The notes beneath the pieces are model-generated. The model searched no databases. It was not told where the DNA came from and worked only from the letters and a program-made list of their open reading frames with translations. A DNA stretch of 18,912 nt from Octopus sinensis. Its lineage: Eukaryota. Positions 9,901 through 18,912 of this stretch are shown here, in pieces. The stretch lies in the NCBI RefSeq assembly GCF_006345805.1, contig NW_021824742.1:1-18912 (forward strand). Direction: 5' to 3'. Position 1 is the first letter of the stretch; every line of letters starts with the position of its first letter. Both the position numbers and the translations under genes were made by a program.

Positions 9901-10062
9901 GGTGACAAACTAGTAGTTTCGTTAGAGCATCGGATAAAAATTGCAGCGGAATTATCTCTGAGCCTATGTACTCTGAGTTCAAATTCCGCTGAACTGAACT
10001 TTACCTTTGATATATTTGGAGTCAATAAAAAATTAGTAGTTCAGTGCTGATGGTAATGTTTT
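9901..10062 (+). mobile_element. Decayed tRNA-derived SINE family C (Meta-domain-like)
   Basis: GAGTTCAAATTCCGCTGAACTGAACTTTACCTTTGATAT...GTCAATAAA aligns with the reverse complement of the 16767-16975 copy. Confidence 0.55.
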
Positions 10063-10307
10063 TGACGAAACAAGCTATGGTCAGATCTAGTGGACGTTTT
10101 CTATTGCAAAGGACTGACATAGTTCAACATTTACCTACACACACACACAAGTATATGCGTATACATCGAGCTTAACCGGGACAAAAGAGGCAGAGAAGCC
10201 CCCAGTGAGTGTTTCAAAGCAGGGATAGGACCCACAGAGTGAGAGGGAGTCGTTGTACTGAGGAAGCTAAGCAAATGTGTGAAGATCAGAGCAACTGCGG
10301 GGAATGA

Positions 10308-10420
10308 GAAATTCTGTGGCCAAACAAGGAAATTCTCTTACCACAAAATGAAATTCTGCGGACAGTGAAGGAAATTCTGTATCCAAAATAACGAAATTCA
10401 GTAGCCAACGAAGAAGATTC
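10308..10420. repeat. Degenerate 21-bp-period array with conserved GAAATTCT core and variable spacers
   Basis: Core starts at 10308, 10329, 10350, 10371, 10393 (GAAATTCA) and 10413 (GAAGATTC). Confidence 0.85.
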
Positions 10421-10506
10421 TTGACCCGCATCTCATCAAAGCCTACTTATTTATCTCAAGGGTACCGATGTTCCTCAAAACCTTCGCAAAAATTATTATC
10501 ATCATA

Positions 10507-10517
10507 TTATATATATA

Positions 10518-10589
<72 letters not shown>

Positions 10590-10635
10590 TGTATATACAT
10601 ATATACATATAAATATATGTATATATACATATATA
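10507..10635. repeat. (TA)n microsatellite
   Basis: Long near-pure TA run. Confidence 0.97.
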
Positions 10636-11330
10636 ATATGATATAATAATTTGGAAATCTGTTTACAAACCTATTCTCTGTTTACAACCTTCTAATCTGC
10701 CTTTAATGAAATTATCTCCAATATTTCATGAGTATAACCTCACCCACTAGATGTTTGGAGAACTCATATGTATTTTAGCTGATGAGTACGGGACACTTTT
10801 ATCTGCTGCAATTTTTGCAACTTGTAATAAAGCCTGTCTTTGTATGAAACAATTGTACTAAAAACTAATCCATTCTTGTTGCTTCTTTCTCGTATATATA
10901 TATACATATATACATATATTCATACATATATTTCCCCCTATTTCCCCCTTTTTTTTACGACGGATAGCCACAACGAGACACAGACCAGACATTCCATTCA
11001 CTTCCCAGCTTATACATATACAACCTGGTGTAAAAACTCAATACACAACATACTTCAGAATGAAATATTAGACGAGTACAGAACGTTAATAAGAACATGA
11101 AAAGACGAAAAAATAAATAATTATCTATGAAGTTCATTACTTTACACCAGTTTCTGCTATCAGATTCAGTGGGGTCATATTTGAGTTCCTTAGTAACACT
11201 TTTTATGGTATAGTTATAGGTTTTACAGCTTTTAATCTGGCACTCACCATGGAGTTTCACTTCATCGCATAGCAGAAACAGCTGTAAGCGGATGAATTTC
11301 GTCAGATAATTGTTCATCATCTCGTTTTCT

Positions 11331-11336
11331 CATATA

Positions 11337-11375
<39 letters not shown>

Positions 11376-11393
11376 TATATACATATATATACG

Positions 11394-11456
<63 letters not shown>

Positions 11457-11457
11457 A

Positions 11458-11504
<47 letters not shown>

Positions 11505-11570
11505 TATATACGTATATATATTATTACGTGTAGATATATTTATACATATATGTAGACATATATATAATTA
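11331..11570. repeat. (TA)n-rich microsatellite
   Basis: About 240-bp interrupted TA run. Confidence 0.97.
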
Positions 11571-12305
11571 AATATTTTCTCCCTGATAACAAGCTACATA
11601 TTTTTTCTGTAGTAGTTTACTTGTAGACACACGAGGGCGGGCAGGGGAGGGTGATTGAACCTCATTCATGTTTTGAATTCGGCGGTACTAACACTGAATA
11701 TTATCTGTCACCGTTAGGTGGAGAGATATGTTCAATTATTCTAGTACCTTCCAATTTAATATTTCAATACTTACTTATTGATGGGGTCCTATGCTGAAGA
11801 GGAAAACGGTCGGTAAAGTATAATTCTATATTCTTCATTCCAACCTAATTCCGAAACGCGCGTCCATAGGTGACCAGATATTGATTGATTTTCGTTACTT
11901 CTTCCTCTCTGCCTGTGTGGATTGTTTTCAAGTATTTGGGTTTTTCTGGGAGTCCCTTTTTAAAGTAGAAGAAATAGCTAACGTTTTTTGGCTGCTATGA
12001 AGCAAATATTTGCTGAACCCTAATTATTTAGTATATATATATATAATATATATGACCTTAGCAAATGCATCCCTTTAAATTTCTGTTGTGATGTAAAGCC
12101 TTTAGTCTTACAATATAAGGAAATTGCAAATCTGCATTTATGAACTCTACGCATTGTTATTTATTAACACAAATGAGAACATTTTGCATGATTTAAATGA
12201 TTAGATTAAGATAGATATGGCTTACACGTAAATTTTAATATAAATAGATAGATTTCTTTATACCTGCATTTAAATATGTTTATGTAATTATATAAAGAAT
12301 AAAAA

Positions 12306-12342
<37 letters not shown>

Positions 12343-12521
12343 TGTGAATATTTATGTGTGTATCTTGGTGCGTGTGTATTTAAAAAGATATATATATATA
12401 TATATATATATATGTACGTATATATATATATATGTATGTATATACATATACATATACATACATATATATATATATATGTGTGTGTGTGTGTATAAATATG
12501 TACACACACACACATACACAC

Positions 12522-12534
<13 letters not shown>

Positions 12535-12552
<18 letters not shown>

Positions 12553-12949
12553 TTTTTTACTTGTTTCAGTCATTTTGACTGCGGCCATGCTGGAGCACCG
12601 CCTTTAATCGAGCAACTCGACCCCGGGACTTATTCTTTTGTAAGCCCAGTACTTATTCTATCGGTCCCTTTTGCCGAACCGCTAAGTAACGGGGACATAA
12701 ACACACAACCAGCATCGGTTGTCAAGCAATGCTAGGGGGACAAACATAGACACACAAACACACACACGCATATATATACATATATACGACGGGCTTCTTT
12801 CAGTTTCCGTCTACCAAATCCACTCACAAGGCTTTGGTCAGCCCGAGGCTATAGTAGAAGACACTTGCCCAGGTGCCCGCAGTGGACTGAACCCGGAACC
12901 ATGTGGTTGGTAAACAAGCTACTTACCACACAGCCACTCCTGCGCCTAT
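12535..12949 (-). mobile_element. SINE family A, full length, with pure poly(A) tail
   Basis: Reverse complement starts ATAGGCGCAGGAGTGGCTGTGTGG, has the B-box-like GGGTTCAGTCCCACTGCGGGCACCTGGGCAAG, and ends GAAACAAGT-A24. Both flanks are (TA)n. Confidence 0.93.
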
Positions 12950-13383
12950 ATATATATATATATATATAAAACAAAAATTAAAATCACCATAAATTGTAAA
13001 TGCATTTAACACGTGTTTGCGTTAGCTTCATATTCAGAGCATCCATCTCTATGAATTGAATATAAATGAGAGGATTCATTCAATGGATGGCAGAAAGATA
13101 AGCAAACATGAAGTGACGGAGCAGTTCTCACTTGTTGCCCAAAATAACTTTTCTTCTCTCTCGCATTTCATGTTCTATCAGCTCTTCTTAAGCTTAACAC
13201 ACAACACAACACAACACACACACACACACGCACACACGCACATCCAAAAGAAATGTAGATATAACATTATAAATATAAAACTTATTCATATTTATATATA
13301 TTTAAATGCATACACAAGCACACAAACATACACACGTATATATATATATATATATATACACCCACATAATATCATGCATTTCC

Positions 13384-13425
<42 letters not shown>

Positions 13426-13545
13426 TATATAATATATTACATATATAACTGTCGATGTTTTCCCTTCCACAAAGACACGTTACATGTGCACACACACGCA
13501 AATACACACGAATATACATACATTCACACACACACGCACATCTTT

Positions 13546-13670
13546 AGATCAACATTGCCTTTCATCCTTCCAGTGTCGATATAACAAAGTAACACTTAAG
13601 TATTCGGGATGACGTAATCGACTACACACCCACCTTTAATATTGTTGGCCTCTTGCCTAAATAACAAATA
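13546..13670 (+). mobile_element. 5'-truncated SINE family C fragment (Meta-like domain and tail)
   Basis: GATCAACATTGCCTTTCATCCTTCCAGTGTCGAT...GTAATCGACTA...GGCCTCTTGCCTA matches the 16767-16975 copy. Confidence 0.65.
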
Positions 13671-13849
13671 ATACATGCATTATAAATATATGCTTCACTA
13701 TGTGTGTGTATATGTATACGCATGCATGTATGCATGCATATATGCACGTATGCATACATATATGCATGTATGTATTTATGCTTTTCTCTCTCTTTCTCTC
13801 CGTCTGTATTTATCCCCCATCTCTTTTTCTCTTCTCTCTCTCTCTCTCT

Positions 13850-13881
13850 ACATATATATATATATAACAACACACACACAA

Positions 13882-13916
<35 letters not shown>

Positions 13917-13931
13917 TATAATATATATACT

Positions 13932-13993
<62 letters not shown>

Positions 13994-13999
13994 ATATAT
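13850..13999. repeat. (TA)n microsatellite
   Basis: Long TA run ending immediately before the first inverted repeat. Confidence 0.96.
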
Positions 14000-14184
14000 A
14001 GAAGAAATGAGGTACTCAGAAATTCGGATGGTTTTATATTTACAGATATTTATTTGTATAATTCATGTTTTTATACATCATATAACATATATGATATATG
14101 ATATATGATATATGATTTATATTTATACAAATAAATATCTGTAAATATAAAACCATCCGATCTTCTGAGTACCTCATTTCTTCT
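14000..14184. repeat. Inverted repeat, 62-bp arms (60/62 complementary), 61-bp AT-rich spacer
   Basis: Left arm 14000-14061 AGAAGAAATGAGGTACTCAG...TTTGTATAA; right arm 14123-14184 TTATACAAA...CTGAGTACCTCATTTCTTCT. Confidence 0.95.
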
Positions 14185-14326
14185 AATATAAAATACCTGT
14201 ACATCATCTCTAAACCTTCTAATATATATATTTAAATAATGAGGGAGATAAATTGATATTAATTTAAAACCAGTAGTCTAGCATACAAAAATCTGAAAAA
14301 TCAGAGAAAATTCTAATACATGTGTA

Positions 14327-14639
14327 TATTGACAGGGCAAGACCGGTAGGTAGTCGGCTGTATGCTAGAAATAGATCATCAACGATCAAACTACCAAGAA
14401 TGTTCTCTAGAGGAAAATTCAGCGAACACCAGAACCAAATTAGGCGGGCAGGAGAGATGAAAATTTACATAAAAAACAGAATTAATCGCATACCTCGGTT
14501 TCAACTATTAACAAAAGAATTACTTACATAATTCAAATGTTCGCTGAATTTTCCTCTAGAGAACATTCTTTGTAGTTTGATCGTTGATGATCTATTTCTA
14601 GCATACGGCCGACTACCTAGCGGTCTTGCCCTGTCAATA
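14327..14639. repeat. Inverted repeat, 102-bp arms (99/102 complementary), 109-bp spacer
   Basis: Left arm 14327-14428 TATTGACAGGGCAAGACCG...CAGCGAACA; right arm 14538-14639 TGTTCGCTG...CGGTCTTGCCCTGTCAATA. Confidence 0.96.
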
Positions 14640-14640
14640 C

Positions 14641-14675
<35 letters not shown>

Positions 14676-14917
14676 TATATATTATAAGAGAAAAATCATC
14701 TCTATCAGAAAGGAACTCTATCTCTCTTAAAAAATACTTTGATAAGCAAACAATGCGCAACGGTAAAAAGAACTTTCACCTAATAAATAAATACACTAAT
14801 TAAATACACTCTCCCTACTTAGATTATTTTGTCAGCATTTCTTCATTTCCTTTTTTTTATATATCACAACTTGTGTTCCACATCTCCTTTTTTTAAATAT
14901 ATATATATATATTATAT

Positions 14918-14954
<37 letters not shown>

Positions 14955-14962
14955 CTATAATA

Positions 14963-15272
14963 GTGTGAAGTCTCATGGTTTTGGTTAGGTTGTTTGCACT
15001 CAGGATTGCGAGATCGTGGTTTCGATTCCCAGACCGGGCGTTGCATTGTGTTCTTGAGCAAAACAGCTCATTTCACGTTGCTCTGCGATCATTGTCATCT
15101 GCCAACATATGGGACACGGTGCACATGTACAGGCAATGTCGATTTGAAAGAGGGAGTAAACTTACCTAGACAGAAACATTTGATCACTATACACAAATCA
15201 TCTGTTTGGTTGCTCGGCAAGAAATTGCCGGGCCCTTATACATCGTCTAACGACGGGAAAGTTTGTGGTATA
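14963..15272 (+). mobile_element. tRNA-derived SINE family D (head shared with family B, different body)
   Basis: Decayed A box, B box GGTTTCGATTCCC. Shares GGTTTCGATTCCCAGACCGGGCGTTG with 4670-4978, then diverges to TTGTGTTCTTGAGCAAAACA...; flanked by (TA)n. Confidence 0.75.
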
Positions 15273-15324
15273 AATATATATATATATATACCACAAACTT
15301 ATATATATATATATATAATGATAT

Positions 15325-15368
15325 AGATAAATAGACAGACAAACAGGCAGACAGGCAGACAGACAGAG

Positions 15369-15456
<88 letters not shown>
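15325..15456. repeat. (GACA)n/(GATA)n tetranucleotide microsatellite
   Basis: GACA/GGCA units followed by more than 20 GATA units. Confidence 0.97.
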
Positions 15457-15589
15457 TTATATCCCTATTAAGAAGCTCTATCCTTATAAAGAAGCTGACG
15501 AAATGCTATTTTTATCGAGTTCGAAGCTTTAGAATTATTTAGCCCAGCTAACTCCTGAGTCTAATCTCTCAGAGATCATGCACAATGTT

Positions 15590-15870
15590 TTCGAATCCAG
15601 TATAGGAACCCAACTGACTATATATAGATAGTAACACCTAACTTAATCTTCTACTCCATAACAAATATTTTACCGAACAAATCCCCGTACGCAATCCTAA
15701 ACAAAAGAGCACTCACACGATAAATAATATCAGGATGAAAACTAGATGCCAGATATCCACCAGGAATACCACAATCTCACGATTCCATAGTAAAAGTGTG
15801 AGGAAAAACATTGCTTGGTACACACCCCTGCTTCTTTAAATATTAAGGGCGTATGGAAGCAGCATTTCTT
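15590..15870 (+). pseudogene. Possible highly decayed Penelope-like RT/linker remnant
   Basis: Peptide scraps YRNPTDYI/DSN (15601-15635) and RKNIAWYTP (15801-15827) resemble the PLE motifs YRKP...YI...SNHP and RKRxIxWFNPP. Short matches only. Confidence 0.3.
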
Positions 15871-15919
15871 CCACTACAACACATGTATCCCCCAGTTTAC
15901 AAAAATGAGGCTAATAATT

Positions 15920-16230
15920 TTCAGGGGATACAAAAAGAAGTACGACAAAACGGCTAAGTATAATCTTTAAAGAAGACGGAAATGGTACGATCATGAACTA
16001 GAACGCGTCACTGAAGATAATGAGTAGAAGCTCTCACGGGATTTTACAATCCTATGTGATTCATCAATTGATGCTCGGAGACCAGACGTTGTTGTAGTGG
16101 ATAAAAGAAAGGAAATGAGGACTAAAAGACGTTGCCATGCCTGGAGACAAGAAGCTGGAGAAGATGGTAAAATACAAGTTATTATACAACGAATTTACAA
16201 GAATGTGGGCAATGAAGAGAGAAACTCTTC
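15920..16230 (+). pseudogene. Decayed restriction-like endonuclease (RLE) domain of an R4/Dong/NeSL-type non-LTR retrotransposon
   Basis: Translation GYKKKYDKTAKYNL*RRRKWYDHELERVTEDNE*KLSRDFTILCDSSIDARRPDVVVVDKRK, frameshift, DVAMPGDKKLEKMVKYKLLYNEFTRMWAMK. This matches the KWYxH...DFxIxxD..I.ARRPD...D.A.PGD...EK..KY...RMW signature. Two stops and a frameshift. Confidence 0.85.
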
Positions 16231-16684
16231 CAAGATAGTTACCTTACCAAAAGTCTTTCTGTGTTTGGCTCAACTCGAATACAGCGAAACATAGAAAGAA
16301 TTTTGGTGCAGCAACTGTTTTGGAAGAGAAATGTGTGCAATGTGTTTAAAAATAAAGGAAGTTGGACCAGAAGTAAGATCATCAATCTGCAAGGCAGGTG
16401 TTGTTGCGTTACTACACTTCGTAAGTAGATTCAATGTGTGTAGCTGATGAGGAGTAACGATGAAGAAACACGAACGTGATGACAATTATGTATACAACAA
16501 TATATCTATATATATATATTTACACATAAATGTATCTGTATATCATATATAATCGTACATACATATATAAACATTCGTACATTATATTGTGCTATGTAAA
16601 TATATATATTTGGAAATATTTTTCGTGTGTGTATATAGGCAAACATATATACACAGGCATATATATATATATATATTATATATA

Positions 16685-16735
<51 letters not shown>

Positions 16736-16766
16736 ATTAATATATGTATGTATGTATGTATATATA

Positions 16767-16975
16767 TCCTTTCTACTATAGGCACTAGGCCCGAAGTTTT
16801 GGGAGAGGGGACTAGTCGATTACATCGATCCTGAATTTCACTAGTCCTTAATTTATCGACCCTGAAAGGATGGAAGGCAAGGTCGACCTCGGCGGAATTT
16901 GAACTTAGAACGTGGCGACGGGCGAAATACCGCTAAGCATTTCGTCCACTGTGCTAACGACTATGGCAGCTCGCC
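16767..16975 (-). mobile_element. tRNA-derived SINE family C (Meta-domain-like), full length
   Basis: Reverse complement: GGCGAGCTGCC...GTTAGCAC (A box), AAGTTCAAATTCCGCCGAGG (B box), then GTCGACCTTGCCTTCCATCCTTTCAGGGTCGATAAATTAAG, which resembles the MetaSINE domain. Flanked by (TA)n. Confidence 0.85.
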
Positions 16976-17480
16976 GTCTTTATCTTTATATATATATATA
17001 TATATATTATATAATAATAATAATAAGAGTAAATAATTTCTATAATGGTTTTTAAAAAAACCAACAATTATTTACTGGTAGAATTCGGTATGTAAATATA
17101 ACCGATTAACGGTAGGAACTTCTGTAAAATTCAGTATATATATTGTACATAAATAAATGGGGCAGGCAACAGGTTGCTTGGCCGCATACCGAAAAATTAG
17201 AAATAGCAGTCAAGACTGTTTATTTCTATTTTCTACCAATGGGACTCCACATACGACATATCCCTGTAATTCATATATGCAAAACAGAAGGAATAAATAA
17301 AGAAAACAAAATTATAAATATATTGAATATATATTTCATATATATTTTGAATATATATTGAATATATATTTCATAGCTTTCATCAGCGCAACTCTCCATT
17401 AAAATAGATTTATCAAATGCTACGTACCTCGAACCTTCTGATCATGCGACATCAAAAGAGTTGAAGAAAGCGAGCATAGG

Positions 17481-17531
<51 letters not shown>

Positions 17532-17889
17532 TGATTTAAACTATACAAGGTTTAAATGAGACTGCTGAAACGAACACGAATGAACAAAGAACATCGAATA
17601 AGAATTGAAATAGAGATTGTTCGCATCTGACTTAACGGGCAGCTGTACGTTGTACAACGCAGAGTTTATAAAAGAAAATCATTAAACGGCCATACCGAGA
17701 GATATGAAGTTAAGACCCCGTTTTATTGTAGGGTTACAATTGCAACGATTAATAATCGGTGCATTTGAAACATGTGTCTTAAAAGGCGGTATATAATTAT
17801 AGAATTAAAGGTAATGCTATTGCTACTTAATTCTTGTGCAGCTACTGCTTGTACCCCGTTCACAGATTTATTATTGCTTGTTTACACTT

Positions 17890-18176
17890 TTTCGAGATCA
17901 GTGACTTTTCGTCACTGGAAAAAGGATATATGTATTTGCATTGGGACCCCTTCGCATCGAAGACCGGTGATTGTCGTGCGCTGACGACGTGTAAATATCC
18001 AGAAACCCGGGTCCGTGCGTATCACGCAAGGTCGACGATGGGGAGGATGGCTTCCCTTTGCAAATACTGATAGGACACAGAAAGTGTGTCAATAGCCAGC
18101 TGGAGAAGATGTTCTCCTGGGGCTACAAGCTACAGTAGCATCCACCCTTGGTGGTTAGCCACATTTAGGTGGCAAA
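17890..18176. mobile_element. GC/CpG-rich probable interspersed repeat with several short hairpins, family unassigned
   Basis: About 50% GC island ending abruptly at a (TA)n tract; contains several perfect 6-7-bp stems. Confidence 0.4.
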
Positions 18177-18180
18177 TATA

Positions 18181-18225
<45 letters not shown>

Positions 18226-18333
18226 TATATTATATATATATATTATTATGCGTATGTGCGTTTGAGTGTGTACGTGTGTGTATGTATTTATATATGCATA
18301 ATATATTTATATGTATGTATATACATATATGTA

Positions 18334-18367
<34 letters not shown>

Positions 18368-18912
18368 TATTTAATTTCATTTGAACATTATCACTTAATG
18401 ACATTAATGTAATAATTTCAATTATCAATAAGATAGATACATTAATATTGATATTCGTATATTAGAATATTGAAGGAATTTTCATTAAAATCACTGACTC
18501 AGTAAATTGTGTGTGATTTCATGATTTTATTTTTAGACTTCATATAGATCGTACCTAGGTAATGAGATTTTATACATACGGCCATACACTCATATATTCA
18601 CTCATATGTATATAAACACGACAAATCTGTCTACAATGTTAATAGGTTCGCAGTCCCAGAATTCAGTAGCAGTAAGTAGATGAGAATTTAAATTTGTTTG
18701 TGGATAAGACACCAGTAACACTTAGAATGTCTGGAGTCGGTTTCCAACAGTTAAGCAAATAGAGGCACAGAGAGTTACATGCTCTTCTTGGAGTGTATGT
18801 GTGAGCGAGTGTATGCGTGCGTGTGTTTGTTGTGTTTGTGTATGTGCTTAGTGTATTTAGTGTGTGTGCGTCGTAAACAAATAAAAGTGCCAGTGATATA
18901 CAGTTTGAAATA

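Noticed and set aside
10308-10420. CRISPR-like repeat-spacer array or heat-shock elements
   Set aside because: The 8-bp repeat and 13-bp spacers are far too short, there are no cas genes and the context is eukaryotic. GAAATTC has one spacer base rather than the two of an HSE (GAAnnTTC).
14000-14184. Canonical pre-miRNA
   Set aside because: The stem is too long and too perfect and the 61-nt loop is too large for a Drosha/Dicer miRNA hairpin; retained only as generic dsRNA.
16295-16430. Plus-strand open frames ending at a GTAAGT donor
   Set aside because: Weak acceptor, two frames equally open and no recognisable product; insufficient support.
17318-17375. About 23-bp AT-rich direct repeat (ATATATTGAATATATATTTCATA x2)
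   Set aside because: Ordinary slippage duplication in low-complexity DNA.

Overview
AT-rich eukaryotic non-coding DNA packed with microsatellites. The SINE families present look like those of octopus or other cephalopods; this is an inference from recalled repeat sequences, not a database search. None of the supplied ORFs is a credible standalone gene: most are translations of (TA)n, (CA)n and (CATA)n tracts or of SINEs. Well-supported content: a full-length U6 snRNA copy (3479-3585, probably a pseudogene) abutting a tRNA-derived SINE; about ten tRNA-derived SINE copies from at least four families, one with a perfect 17-bp TSD; a near-identical ~1-kb tandem duplication (6641-8660) carrying a candidate 108-nt exon, possibly an assembly artefact; two adjacent long inverted repeats (14000-14184, 14327-14639); a decayed RLE-endonuclease remnant of an R4/Dong-like non-LTR retrotransposon (~15920-16230); and a 21-bp-phased GAAATTCT motif array (10308-10420). 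Several isolated exon-like segments suggest the window may be intronic, but the host gene could not be identified.
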